64,000 nucleotides of DNA, from positions 2,408,068-2,472,067 of the forward strand of contig NC_068981.1 in assembly GCF_001194135.2 (NCBI RefSeq). Direction: 5' to 3'. The DNA is from Octopus bimaculoides. Lineage: Eukaryota. The notes under the pieces are model-generated. The model did not search any database, had not been told where the DNA came from, and saw only the letters and a list, made by a program, of their open reading frames with translations. Below, piece after piece: positions 1-13,517 of the stretch (its first letter is position 1; every line of letters begins with the position of its first letter). The position numbers and the translations under genes were made by a program.

Positions 1-1144
1 TATATATATATGTATATACTCACACAAATGTGTGTAGTTGTCTCTGTGCTTAAGAAATTCACTTCCCATCCATGTGCCACATGGTTTCAGGTTCAGTCGC
101 AATGGGTCACACCCTGGGTAGTCTTCTGCCTTAACCCCAAAGGCTTACAAGTGGATTTGCTAGATAAAAATCAAAAAGGATCTCTTTGTGTATAATTCAT
201 GTGTGTGTATATATATGTATACACACACACACACACACACACGCATACGTTTATGTATATATATGTAAGTGTAGACATGGTGTGGTTTAGAAGATTCCTC
301 CCTAACCTCATAGTTCCACTTGCATGAGTTGGATGGAATTTGTTGAGGTAGATTTTTCTGTGGCTAGAAAAATATTGCCAATGCTCACCTATTCCTAAGT
401 AAGGTTATATTTCACTGTGGACATGTTTCCACAGATTGGAAACGAGAACACCACTTGCATGATAGCGACATGCATTTACCACAAACACATGCTGGCAAGA
501 TGAGACCCAACTCACCCGCACATGCATACACATATATATATATATCGTTAATATACTATCACACACATGTATACATGCATACATGATGGGTTTCTTTCAG
601 TTTCCATTTACCAAATCCACTTAAAAGGTCACATGGTGGGATTGAACCTGGAACCAATTACAAGCTTCTCAACCGCACAGCAATGCCTGCACCTTTTCTG
701 TAGTAAGACACTGGTTTCTGCTTCTCTGTTTCTCTGTCACTGTCTAACCTTTCATCATCTGACACAAGATCCACTCCTCCAGTGCCCCTCCCCTCTCAAG
801 ATTCCTTGTTTTGCAAGTTACTTTAGGACCCTACCCATGCTGGTGCCACTTAAAAAGCATCCATTCCACACTGTAAAGCAGTTGGCATTTGGAAGGGCAT
901 CCAGCTGTAAAAACCATGCAAAAAACACTCGGTTCACTCTGTGGGGGGGTTGGTGTTAGGAAGGCCATTCAGCCATAAAAACCCTGCCGAAACAGACACA
1001 GTAGTCTGGGGTAGTCTCCTACCTGGCCAGCCCCTGTCAACTACCCTACCCATGCATGCATGCAAGACATGCGTTAAACGATGATGATATATTGTCTTTT
1101 TATCTGGTTTGCAAAATCCTTTATGTGAATCCGTGTTGAAACAA

Positions 1145-1497
1145 ATTTTTGTGTCTCGAGAGAGTCATTATGCCAATGTTATTAACGAATGCACTGGTTC
1201 AATTCCACTCCTTTATTATTAGTCAATTGGTTAAATATCCAACTAAGTAATCGCTTGTTGTTTAATTTGGTCAAAGAGTAAGTTGTTTGTTTTTGTTTTT
1301 TTCTTAAAGCTCTTTTGTTGAAAAGGTTGCATATTGCAATGAAAGAACTTTCTAATAAAACCCGACTTACTCTTTAACCAAGTTAAACAATTGATTAGTT
1401 AGTTGGATAGTTAACCAGATGACTAATAATTAAGGAGTGGAATTGAACCAGTGTGTGTGTCAATATTGACATAATGACTCTCTGGACACAGCAAAAT
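1145..1497. mobile_element. Foldback/MITE-like element with about 140-bp imperfect inverted arms
   Basis: 1145-1285 is the reverse complement of 1365-1497 (gagagtcattatg…cactggttcaattccactcc…aaagagtaagt). Confidence 0.75.
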
Positions 1498-1678
1498 AAA
1501 TATTGTATTTGTTTCAGTCATTTGGTTGTGGCCATACTGGAGCACTACATTTATTTATATATATATAAATATGAGAGCGATAGTACTTTTGAAAATACCA
1601 TCGCTGGTGGCTGCAAACACAAGCTGTACAGGCAAAATTAATAAGATATATACATAGAAGAGATATTAGTATACTAAG

Positions 1679-1797
1679 TAGAATAAAGTTCTACAAATCT
1701 AATCATATTTGTCAGAAATGGAGGAGATAAGATGTTAAAAAGTTGTAATCTCCTCCATTTTTGACAAATTTGACTAGATTTGTAGAACTTCATTCTA
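1679..1797. repeat. 50-bp stem hairpin, 19-nt loop
   Basis: 1679-1728 versus 1748-1797, 4 mismatches. Confidence 0.85.
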
Positions 1798-2017
1798 TAA
1801 CTTAATTGTACACTTATTATACTAATACAACTTTTCAAATCTATACCAGTTTACTCCAGTAAAGTCTCAGCAAAATATGAAGAATCAACGTGAGAAATCT
1901 TTTTTGGAAACCATTCCAATTAAAAGACAAATCCACATTCAACCTTTTACACACACACATACATATATACATGTGTTATATGCTTACATATAAGAGATAT
2001 TTATATATATTTATATA

Positions 2018-3995
2018 TCATCGTTTAATGTCCATTCTCCATGCTGGCATGGGTTGGACAGTTTGACTGGGGACTGGCAAGCCAGGAGGCCGTAAAAGGC
2101 TCCAATCTGATCTGGCAATGTTTCTACAGCTGAATGCCCTTCCTAACGCCAACCACTCCGAGAGTTTAGTGGCTGCTTGTTACGTGCCACCGACACAAGA
2201 GCCAGTCAGGCGGCACTGGCATCGACCACGTTTGGATGATGCTTTTTATGTACCACCAGCACGGGGAGCCAGTCAGGTGTTTCTGGCAGCAACCCACACA
2301 TGAACAGTGCTTATTACATGTCACCAGCACTGGTAATGGCCACAACTACAATTTCCATTTGATTTGATTTTGATTTACTTGACTCAACAGGTCTCCACAA
2401 GCACGGCATGTCACCCAATGATTCAAAGGTGCTTTTTAAATGGACTGCTTATGTGACACTGGTGTAAGCTACGGCTGTGATCTTACTTTCCTTGCCGGGT
2501 CTTCTCAATCAAAGCATATCTCCAGAGGTCTTGGTCTTTCGTCATTGATTCTGTGAGGCCCAATGTTCGAAGGTCATGCTTCCATCACCTCATCCCATGT
2601 CTTCCTGGGTCTCCTTCTTCCATGGGTTCCTTCAACTGTTAGGGAGTGACACTTCTTCACACATCTCTCCTCATCCATACATAGCACATGATCATACCAG
2701 TGCAGTCATCTCTCTTGCACACCACATCTGATGCTTCTTATGTCCAACATTTCTCTCAGGGCGCTTACACTCTGTTGTGTGCACACTGACATTACACATC
2801 CAGTGGATCATACTAGCCTCATTTCTTTCGAGCCTATGCATGTCTTCAGCAGTCACGGCCCATGTTTCACTGCTGTGAAACATGGTAGTTTGCACACATG
2901 CATTGTACAATTTACCTTTCACTCTGAGCGAGAGGCCCTTTGTCACCAGTAGAGTTAGGAGCTTTCTGAACTTTGCCCAGGCTATTCTTATTCTAGTGGT
3001 AACGCTCTATGAGCATCCACCCCCACTACAGACTTGGTCACCTAGGTAGCGGAAGCTATAAACTACTTCTTGTTTCTCCCCTTGGCATGTTATGGAATCA
3101 CTTTTCTGAGCATCTGTGGTGTTTATTACCCCTGTGCATCTGCTGCACACGAAAGCTATCTTCCTGGTTCATCTGCCTTTGATGTTGCTGCACCTCTTAT
3201 GTGTCCATAACTTACACTAGGTACATCTTATGGAGTTTCTACCTATACCTTTTTTACAGATCAAGCAGAGCCATCTGCCTGAAGGGGTTTGTGATGTGTT
3301 CGCCTTCCTACTTACTAGGACTTTGGTTTTTGCAACATTGACTCTAAAGCCTTTCGATTCTAAACCTTGCTTCCATACCTGAAATTTCTTCTCTGGTTCT
3401 GGTAGTGATTCCGCAATGAGAGCAAGGTCATCAACATAGAGGAGCTCCTGGGGGCAGCCTGTCTTGAATTCCGACTATGATGAATAAGAGAGGGCTGAGG
3501 GCTGATCCTTGATGAACCCCTACTTCCACTTGGAATTCTTCGCTATGCTCATTGCCGACCCTTACCTTACTAGTGACATCCCTGTACAAGGCCTTTACGG
3601 CTCTTATTAACCACTCGTCAATCCCCAGTTTCTGCATCGCCCACCAGATAAGGGATCAGGGGACCCTGTCAAAGGCTTTCTCCAAGTCAACAAGAGCCAA
3701 GTATAGGGGTTTATCTTTGGCTAGGTATTTCTCTTGTAGTTGCTGTACCAGGTATACAGCATCAGTGGTGCTTCTACCTGGCACAAAACCAAACTGCATC
3801 TCATCTAAGCAGACTCTCTCCTTAATTAGTTGGGCTATGACCTTCTCCGTCACCTTCATCACCTGATTCAGCAGTTTGATACCCCTGTAGTTATTTCTAT
3901 CTAAAGCATCACCTTTACCTTTGTAGCAGTTGACTATGGTGCTGCTATGCTAGTCATTGGGTATGACTCCTTTGTGAACTATGAGCACCTGCATT
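2018..3995 (-). mobile_element. 5'-truncated, decayed RTE-clade LINE (RT domain plus 3' UTR)
   Basis: Minus-strand RT motifs: KGDALDRNNYRGIKLL, QFGFVPGRSTTDA, DLEKAFDRVP, GVHQGSALSPLLF, LLYVDDL, and C-terminal GRRRPRKTWDEV. Contains stops and frameshifts. Runs directly into the (ATG)n-tailed 3' sequence that recurs throughout the window. Confidence 0.93.
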
Positions 3996-5055
3996 GCTAA
4001 AAATAGAAGTAAAAATACTTCTGTTCCACAGAATAGTCACAAAATTAATACAAGTGCATATATATATATCTATATAAATGTGTTTGTGTGCTCCTGTGAT
4101 ATATATATATATGAAATGGACGATTTTCCAGAAGGCCTTCTGCTTCTAATAAACATACTCATCATCATTTAACATCCATTTTTCAGAACCTGGCATGCTC
4201 CACAGCTATATCGAGCTCCAATGTCTGTTCCAGCTTGGTTTCCGCAGCCAGATGCTCTTCTAGTGCCAATCATTTTACAGTGTGTACTGGTTATTTGTGT
4301 GCCATTGCCACTAGTGACATTACCAAAAAAGACACTCTAGATAATTTTGTGTTATATTGTATGTACCATTGTGACACATACTTCAGAAATGGTCATCAAA
4401 CACATGCTCCAGCTATCCAACCCATGCCAGCATGGAAGACAAACATTACATGACACTTTGGACAAGTTTCATCAGCCCCAGGCTGATTATAGCCTTTTGA
4501 ATGGATTTGGTTCACAGAAACTGAAAGAAGCCCATTGTGTGTGCGTGTCTATATGCGTGAGCATGTATGTCTATGTGCATGTCTCCTCTTGAAATGAATG
4601 TCAGTCATTTCCAATATTCTGCACAGATATGTTTGTCCATGGGTTAATATTGCCTTGCTTGGAAATGAATGAGGGTTGGTGACAGGAAAGGTATTCAGCT
4701 GTAGAAAATTTGCCATGAATTTTGTCCAAACCTTGTAAGTATAGCAAAGTAGGTGTTCAAACTGATANNNNNNNNNNNNNNNNNNNNNNNNNNNNNNNNN
4801 NNNNNNNNNNNNNNNNNNNNNNNNNNNNNNNNNNNNNNNNNNNNNNNNNNNNNNNNNNNNNNNNNNNNNNNNNNNNNNNNNNNNNNNNNNNNNNNNNNNN
4901 NNNNNNNNNNNNNNNNNNNNNNNNNNNNNNNNNNNNNNNNNNNNNNNNNNNNNNNNNNNNNNNNNNNNNNNNNNNNNNNNNNNNNNNNNNNNNNNNNNNN
5001 NNNNNNNNNNNNNNNNNNNNNNNNNNNNNNNNNNNNNNNNNNNNNNNNNNNNNNN

Positions 5056-5089
<34 letters not shown>

Positions 5090-5934
5090 CATTTTAACAT
5101 ACACTTTTCTATGCTTCCAAGAGTTGGACAAAGTTTATGTATATATCATCATCATCATTTAACATCCACTTTCCATGCTGGTATGGGTTAGACAGTTTGA
5201 CCAGAGCTGGAGAGCTGCATCAGGTGTCAGTCATCTGTTTTGGTCTGTTTTCTGCAGCTGGATGCCTTTCCTAATGCCAACCACTTTACAGAGTATACCG
5301 GGTGCCTTTGACATATCATAGGTTCTTTTTATGGGTCACTGGGCACTGGCACCAGCAGGGTTGCTATGTAACTTGCAAAACAAAGACCTCTTGATTGAGA
5401 GAGGGAGTGGAACCAAGGGGAGTGGCTCTGTGCTAGACAAAAGGCTGAGTGGCTGTGTGCCAATATAGATACAATAAAGTGTAGCTGTAAGAGAAATATA
5501 AGAGTGAAAACATTCCACGTCTACTTTTGATGTGCTGAAAAAATGAGCTGCTGACTGGCCATTTTGTAGTTTGTTGGTTTCTAACTTTTACCATTCTCTA
5601 ACACAGAATATTGATATTTATGCAGTCATAAATTAAATTTACTCCACCACTTTTGTGGATTGCTTAATTTGCCTATTGTTGCTTCTGAACGCCTCTTAAT
5701 ATATTTTTGGTTTAATACTAAACATTATTTGAGTTCATTCATTAGATTTGTCTTAGAGAAAGCATCGAAAAGGTCATCTGTTGATGTGAAAGGTATTCTG
5801 AATATAATTGTATCTTCTCATTTGACATACCAGTAAGAACAGTGGGCTGAATGTGATGTGGCATAAGCTTTTTTAGCCAATTAGTCTTGTTCCGTTCCCT
5901 GATCTAAATAACACAACACCATTATTGGATTCTT

Positions 5935-6312
5935 TTATTTGTTTCAGTCATTTGGCTGCGGCCATGCTGGAGCACCGCCTTTAGTTGAACAAATCAACCC
6001 CAGGAATTATTCTTTGTAAGCCTAGTACTTATTCTATCGGTCACTTTTGTTGAACTGCTAAGTTACAGGGATGTAAACACACCAACATCGGTTGTTAAGT
6101 GATGGTGGGGGGCAAACACAGAACCACAAACATATATATATATATATATATATACACACGACGGGCTTCTTTCAGTTTCCGTCTACCAAATCCACTCACA
6201 AGACTTTGGTCAGCCTGAGGCGATGGTAGAAGACACTTGCCCAAGGCACCATGCAGTGGGACTGAACCCGGAATCATGTGGTTGGTAAGCAAGCTACTTA
6301 CTACACAGCCAC
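5935..6312 (-). mobile_element. SINE family A copy
   Basis: Reverse complement of 9955-10331. Confidence 0.85.
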
Positions 6313-6922
6313 TTCTAACCACTTGTCTCTCCTTTTCTCTCTTATTTTTTTATTTTTTTATTTGAAATTCATTCGGTTGTAGACTTGAATGTTCCAAGAA
6401 ATTTTAAAATTCAGCAGGATAGTGAATGCTTTCTTCTTCCTTACAACGTTATATGTTGATTTGTTATTATGTTTTGACTAATTCCTGGAAGTGCTTGTAA
6501 CAGCTGCCAGTTAATGTTGATCATTGGACATTACAGGATACAGCTATAGCTCTTTTGCACAGTTATTTCTGTGTCAGATGCTGCTGGTTAGGTAAGATCT
6601 CTGATATCAATTCATCAACTGGACCATTGGTAGCTCCTTTACTGCCAGAAGGAAATCTTCCCTCACTGCCTTAGAACAAAGGTTTGGTACACCAACCAGA
6701 GAGATAATCTCTACAAAGACAGCCCCCTCAGGTCTGTAGACAGATTGAAGAATTTAACTCTGGTTCTAAAGCATTGAAGATTTGAAGCAGCTTCCATATT
6801 TCTTAAGTTTCATTTCTTTTGGGTTCAGTAGCAGAGACTGATTGATGTCTCCTGACAACATCCTGTTCAGGATCTCCAGAACTCTTGTTTGTGTTAAGAA
6901 CATCTAGCCGTATATGTGTGTG

Positions 6923-6963
<41 letters not shown>

Positions 6964-6964
6964 C

Positions 6965-6996
<32 letters not shown>

Positions 6997-8874
6997 CTTC
7001 ATATGTCTGTTGTCCATGCTGGCATGGGTTGGATGGTTTGTCTGGGCTGGCACACTGAAAGGCTGCACCAGACTCGTCTGATTTGGCATGGTTTTCTACA
7101 GCTGGATGCCCTTCCTAACGCCAACCACTCTGAGAGTGTAATAGGTGCTTTTACGTGCCATACCATTATCAACATTTAGCTTATGTATTCCATCCTGGTA
7201 TGGGTTAGATGGTTTGACGAGAGCTGGCTAGCCAGAGAACTGCACCAAGCTCTTTTGCATTGGTATGTTTTTTGTGGCTAGATACCCTTCCTAACACCAT
7301 CTACTCTACAGAGTGGACTGGGTGCTTTTCATGTGGCAACAGCAACTGCCAGGTCACCAAGTATTAGTCAAGACGAAGACTCTTCAACTGAAGGAGTAGT
7401 ATTGAGAGAGGTGGCTTTGTACCAGGTGATGACGGGTTAAACTATGATAGAGATACCTGGCTACCCCTGTCAAGGGAGAGAGAGAGGATGTTAGTGAAGA
7501 TGTGCAGGGCATACCCTCAAGATACAGGGATATATGTATGTATATGTGTGTGTGTGTGTGTGCATGTATGTTCATATGGGTTTATGCATATAGTTTAAAG
7601 GAAAAACCAGAAAACAGACTGTTAGTATGTTAATTATTTCATAACAATTGTTTCTGTAGTCAATGATCAATAATTAGTAGATATATTGATAGTCGACTAC
7701 CTCATCAGATGGCATATATATGTTGTTTGTATGTGTTTATCTATATATGCCTAATTAATAATCAATTTTCTAATTTACCATCCAACATTACATACTTCAA
7801 CAGTAATTATTATTAATTTTTTCTTTCTAATCCTTGCTTTGTTATTTCAACCACAGTTACTGTTATTAAAAAATTTTTTTTTTTTTGTTCGTGTTCTTAT
7901 AAAGCTCCTTTTAGAATGCCATAGAAAGTTTTGTTCTTTTTTTTTTTTTTCTTTTAGCAGGATTTGGTGCTAGTGCACCATGCTGCCCAATCTAACACTA
8001 CCATCTGATCTTAAGTTCCTCAAACAAGGTTTGCTCTAATGCTTGGAGATTTCAATAACCTTTCCACACATATCACCCTCAATTCTTCCCTATAAAAGTA
8101 AAATAAATCCAAATGCCCTCACCACTTGTGTTTCCTTTTCTCAAACCTTCAAAACCTCCTCTACAACCCAGACCCCACGTATCATCTTTTAATCTCTGGC
8201 AAACCACACATCCTATTTATCACCTCTAATGTACAATCCAGTTCTGTTGTCTCTAATACACTTTCTATTCAAATTTCACTCCAATATTTACTGTCTTCAT
8301 AATCTCCTTGTCTTTTACCCTCTTACCTCTCATAACTGGATTTCTGCAAGAACAACTTCCATTTCTGCTTCAAAGTCTCCCTCCATCATTTTCCTCTATT
8401 GCTATCTGAACACCTCAGACCATCAGAAACTCTTTGAACATATTACCTCTACACATTGAAAACATCTATCTTACGTCTCTGCCAAGTCTTCATCTTCATA
8501 GCTCCCATCCTCATCCCACACCAATGCATTCCATCGTTTACCTGCACTCTAGACCAACACACACAAACACTCTGCTCTTTTCCTCACCTCAAAAACCTAA
8601 CACCTGCCATACTGTGACTAAAGCTGCACCCCTGTGCTGGCACCACATTAAAAGCACCTGTGCTGGTGCCATGTAAAAAGCATTGGTTATGGTACAATGT
8701 AAGAAGCACCCAGTACACTCTGTAAAGTTGTTGGCATTAGGAAGAGCATCCAGCTGTAAAAACAAAACCAAAACTGGTGACTGGAGCCTGGTACAGCACT
8801 CCAGCTTGCCAATTCCTGTCAAACTGTCCAATCTATGCCAGCATGGAAAACAGATGTTAAATGATGATAATGTA

Positions 8875-9160
8875 CTCCAGGGTCTCGTTTTGTACCTCCC
8901 TCTTCTATATATATAATGACCTACCAACCACTACATCCAGCAATACTCACTCTTACACAGATGATACAACTTCCCATTCTTCTCTAACCTGCCTCAACCA
9001 TGCATCATCCACACACAAACTAGGCACCATACACCAGGCTTGCATTGATTCCATAAACAAAGACTTGAGACCTTCCTCCAGTAGAGTGATGTCAGTCTTT
9101 TAACAGCAAAATAACTCAAGCACTCTCCAAACCAAGGAAACGCCACTGCACCACTCCACC
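8875..9160 (+). mobile_element. CR1/L2/Jockey-superfamily LINE RT remnant
   Basis: QGLVLYLPLLYIYNDLP…HSYTDDTT resembles PQGSVLxPxLF…INDL…YADD; an RTE tail is inserted immediately upstream (8590-8870). Confidence 0.65.
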
Positions 9161-9954
9161 CCCNNNNNNNNNNNNNNNNNNNNNNNNNNNNNNNNNNNNN
9201 NNNNNNNNNNNNNNNNNNNNNNNNNNNNNNNNNNNNNNNNNNNNNNNNNNNNNNNNNNNNNNNNNNNNNNNNNNNNNNNNNNNNNNNNNNNNNNNNNNNN
9301 NCTCCCACCCCATCACAAGTGGCACTTAACTTGAGCACTCTTATCACTGCAGACACTGGGCCTCTCTATCATCAAAAATCTCTCTTGACAAAAGCACAAC
9401 TAGAAAATATCTCAATCCGTACCTGTTACTGACACCCACAATAGAGGATTGCTCCCACACCTAGGACAGTGCTGCTGCACAGAGATACCCTGGACTGCAT
9501 TCTGAGAAGGGCCATTCAACATAGACAAGCTCCGGCCTCTGTTACATAGGAAGTCCTGGGGTCAATTTGTTCGACTAAAGGTGATGCTCCAGCATGGCTG
9601 CAATCAAATGACTGAAACCAATAAAAGAATATCACAGTATTGACCAGACCATCAGATGTTGTTATACATTGCTGGTCACAATGCGCTTTTTTGCATCGTT
9701 TTTAGCTTTCGAATGATGCCACCCTGCTGGCTCGGCAAGCAGGCCAACAGTCCCTCTAATTGGACGACTCTTCCATCACAGAGTTACTCATTTACAGTTG
9801 AGTGGACTGGACCAACATGAAATGAAATGTTTTGCTCAGAAACACAATGCGCTGCCCAGTCTGGGAATAACCACTAGGATAGTTTTCTGGTCGAGTCTTG
9901 TAAGTCGTAGTAGAAATGCAACCTATGTCGAAAATAGGCATAGGAGTATTGTAC

Positions 9955-10331
9955 AAAGGAGTGGCTGTGTGGTAAGTAGCTTGCTTACCAACCACATGGT
10001 TCTGGGTTCAGTCCCACTGCGCAGCACCTTGGGCAAGTGTCTTCTACTATAACTTCAGGCCAACCAAAGCCTTGTGAGTGGATTTGGTAGACGAAAACTG
10101 GAAGAAGCCCGTCGTATATATGTGTGTGTGTGTGTGTTTGTGTGTCTGTGTTTGTCCCCCCACCATCGCTTGACAACCGACACTGGAGTGTTTACATCCC
10201 CGTCACTTAATGGTTTGGCAAGAGAGACCGATAGAATAAGTACTAGGCTTACAAAGAATAAGTCCTGGGGTCGATTTGTTCGACTAAAAGGCGGTGCTCC
10301 AGTATGGCCACAGTCAAATGACTGAAACAAA
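9955..10331 (+). mobile_element. SINE family A (tRNA-like head, CCTTGGGCAAG core, internal TA/TG microsatellite)
   Basis: Head gagtggctgtgtggtaag…gggttcagtcccactg; 3' gctccagcatggcc…gactgaaacaa. More than 15 full or partial copies occur in the window. Confidence 0.88.
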
Positions 10332-10628
10332 NNNNNNNNNNNNNNNNNNNNNNNNNNNNNNNNNNNNNNNNNNNNNNNNNNNNNNNNNNNNNNNNNNNNN
10401 NNNNNNNNNNNNNNNNNNNNNNNNNNNNNNNNNNNNNNNNNNNNNNNNNNNNNNNNNNNNNNNNNNNNNNNNNNNNNNNNNNNNNNNNNNNNNNNNNNNN
10501 NNNNNNNNNNNNNNNNNNNNNNNNNNNNNNNNNNNNNNNNNNNNNNNNNNNNNNNNNNNNNNNNNNNNNNNNNNNNNNNNNNNNNNNNNNNNNNNNNNNN
10601 NNNNNNNNNNNNNNNNNNNNNNNNNNNN

Positions 10629-10662
<34 letters not shown>

Positions 10663-11567
10663 ATCATGTTTCTATCTCCAGTTCTCTCCCTCTTTGTCTC
10701 ATTTCATTACTCCTCTGCTATCTTTAGATATTTTGGCTTCAAGAGAAGACGTTGCTCTGTCCCAAAATGAAAACATTTTGATTTGGTTTCTGAATGTGTG
10801 CAATCAAAAACTGAACAGGTTACTCAGCTTGTCACCAATATACCGCTCACTGCTAAGGAGTATACTGATCCAACTAATTGTGTTTAAAGCTACTACTGTA
10901 ATAAGCTGGTGTCCCATTATGTTACAATTATATTTTGTCTTCGTCTCATTAGATACAGCAAGACTTGATTATTGTAGCTGAGTTGAATAACTCACCTGAA
11001 ATGGAATTTGCCTTCAAGACAGTGACTGTGATGCTGGACAATGATATTTTTTGACAATTACGTGTTGGATTTTCACTTGTCCCTTAATTTGTGCTGTACA
11101 ATTAACTTTTCTTTAGTTCAAAAGACACTTTTCAGCTGTTTCTCCCCTGCAAGTTTTATGTCTTCATGTCTGGTCACACTTCAGTTTCATTGAGATCACT
11201 TTCATTCACAATAAATGAAGTTGACATTATTTTTAAGTTGATCTCATGAATGGAAAAGAAAAAAAAACCCACAAAAAGTACAAAAGATGAAATTATCCAG
11301 GAAAAAAAAAACTCGTATCTCCCTAAGGAAAGGAAGAAAAAGATTAAAAAATGGAGGTGGGAATTAAACAGCAGAAGGTAGTGGTGGAGAGGTTGTACAC
11401 CCCAGACAAATGGCGTGTTTAGCTGCACCTTTTGGACATGATTGCAAAAGCATTTCTGCAGAGAATGACCAGCAACACTCGCTGCAACATCCACTCTCAC
11501 CTCATGAAATATCAACAAAATAGATGTTCATGAAATGCTTCTTTTCTTATTTATATAGATATATATA

Positions 11568-12135
11568 CGAGGGGGAGTCAAAAAGTAATGCCATTTTGTT
11601 TAGGACAGGTATAATTATGAACACAGGAACATGTATCATACATCAAAATGAAGCTGGAACCCTGTGGATCACATCCCTACTTCTCAACATAGTCACTGTT
11701 TCTCTCAATAGCAATGTTCCACCTTCGAATGAGAGAATGTATCCCTGCCCCGTAAAATTCTGTTGACTGTTCTTTGAGCCACTTCTTCACTACAGTTTTC
11801 ACTTCCTCATCACTTGAATAATTGAGCGCCTTCAGACTATCATCTCTTCAGCCCCTTGAAAGAGGGTTTGAGAGGCAAACATTATTCCAGTGACGAGGAA
11901 GTGAAAACTGTAGTGAAGAAGTGGCTCAAAGAACAGTCAACAGAATTTTACGGGGCAGGAATACATGCTCTCATTCGAAGGTGGAACATTGCTATTGAGA
12001 GAAACGCTGACTATGTTGAGAAGTAGGGATGTGATCCACAGAGGACCAGCTTCATTTTGATGTATGATACATGTTCCTGTGTTGGTAATTATACCTGTCC
12101 TAAACAAAATGGCATTACTTTTTGACTTACCCTCA
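11568..12135 (+). mobile_element. Foldback mariner derivative: 3' transposase remnant plus an inverted copy of its last 255 bp, with TA TSD
   Basis: 11826-12026 translates APSDYHLFSPLKEGLRGKHYSSDEEVK…RRWNIAIERNADYVEK*; arms 11568-11822 and 11881-12135 are inverted; termini TA|CGAGGG…CCCTCA|TA. Confidence 0.92.
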
Positions 12136-12176
12136 TATATATATATTTTATACATTTTCATTTATTTTTTGTTTGT

Positions 12177-12400
12177 TTAGAAAACCTGATGGATTTTTAT
12201 AGAAGTAGCTTCAACAACTTGTTTGTTTTCTTTGGTACAGATGGATCTTGGTCTTCCATGTCTTTCTAAATCTTCAACTGAACCAGTCACTTCAAAGCCC
12301 TTGATAAGGTTGGCCATTGTGTCTTGTTTTATCGACTGGTATGTTGATAAGATGGCACATTTCTCTCTTATTTTATACTTCATTTTTATGTTTGCATTTT
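12177..12400 (-). mobile_element. Tc1/mariner transposase N-terminal HTH remnant
   Basis: ORF 12177..12383 KGFEVTGSVEDLERHGRPRSICTKEN. Confidence 0.7.
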
Positions 12401-13475
12401 AAAAATACACTGTACATTCTAGTTATGTTGGCTCATGTAGATATTTGTGATTCTAACTAGTGAGTAACTCTATAATTAAACAATTATAGGGTAATAGTTG
12501 CAAGCAAAAATCATTATTTGTAATTTCACTTTATTATTGAGTAACAATAATCAATGAATGAATAATAATTGCTTCAAGTTTTGGTATAAGGCCAGCAATT
12601 TTAAAGGGAAGGGAAGTTGATTCTATCAACCCCAGTGCTGACAGGTACTTATTTTATTGACCTGGAAGGATGAGAGGCAAAGTTGACCATGGCAAGATTT
12701 GAACTCTGAATATAAAAAGCCAGAAGAAATGCTGCTCAGCATATTGTTTGACACACTAATGATCCTGCCAACTCACTGCCTTAGTAGTAGTAGTAGTGGT
12801 GGTGGTGGTGGTGGTGGTGATAATCCTTTCTACTATAGGCACAAAGCCTGAAATTTCGGGGCAAGGGGCTTGTCGGAGACATCAATCCTGGTACTCAGCT
12901 GGGGCTTATTTTACAACCTTGGAAGAATAAAAGGCACAGTCAACGTTGGTGACCTTTGAACTCAGAACATAAAGGATCAGAAGAAATATCACTAAGCATG
13001 ATGATGAAGGTGGTGGTGGCATCATCATCGTTGTCGTTGAGCATCTGCTTTCCATGTTGGCATGGGTTGGACAGTTTGACTGGGGACTGGCAAGCCAGAA
13101 GGCTGCACCAGGCTCCAACCTGATCTGGCAAGGTTTCTACAGCTGGAAGCCCTTCCTAACGCCAACCACTTTACAGAGTGTAGTGGGTGCTTTTTATGTG
13201 CCACCAGCACAGGTGCCAGTGAGGCAGCACTGGGATCAGTCATGCTTGAATGATGCTTTTAGTTTTATGTGCCACCAGCACGGGTGTACCAGTAATAATA
13301 ATAATAATCAGGCAAGCCAGCAGCATCGTTGGATCAAAACTTAGCTGCAGTTTATCCCCTTTTACGTTCTGAGTTCAAATTACACTGAGGTCGGCTTTGT
13401 CTTTCATCCTTTCAGGGTTAATGTAACTAACTTATCCCATACTCTGAAATTGCTGGCCTTGTGCTAAAATTTGAA

Positions 13476-13514
<39 letters not shown>

Positions 13515-13517
<3 letters not shown>

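Noticed and set aside
4722-5162. ORFs spanning N-gaps (also near 8994, 10294, 47058 and 63004)
   Set aside because: Open only because of N runs and microsatellites.
10990-11520. Possible minus-strand exon (donor CAG|GTGAG near 10997) or zinc-finger remnant
   Set aside because: No partner exons, no recognisable protein motif, and frames are interrupted.
11524-12161. Two near-identical small ORFs on opposite strands (…SKSNAILFRTGII…)
   Set aside because: Antisense readings of the two arms of the mariner foldback, not genes.
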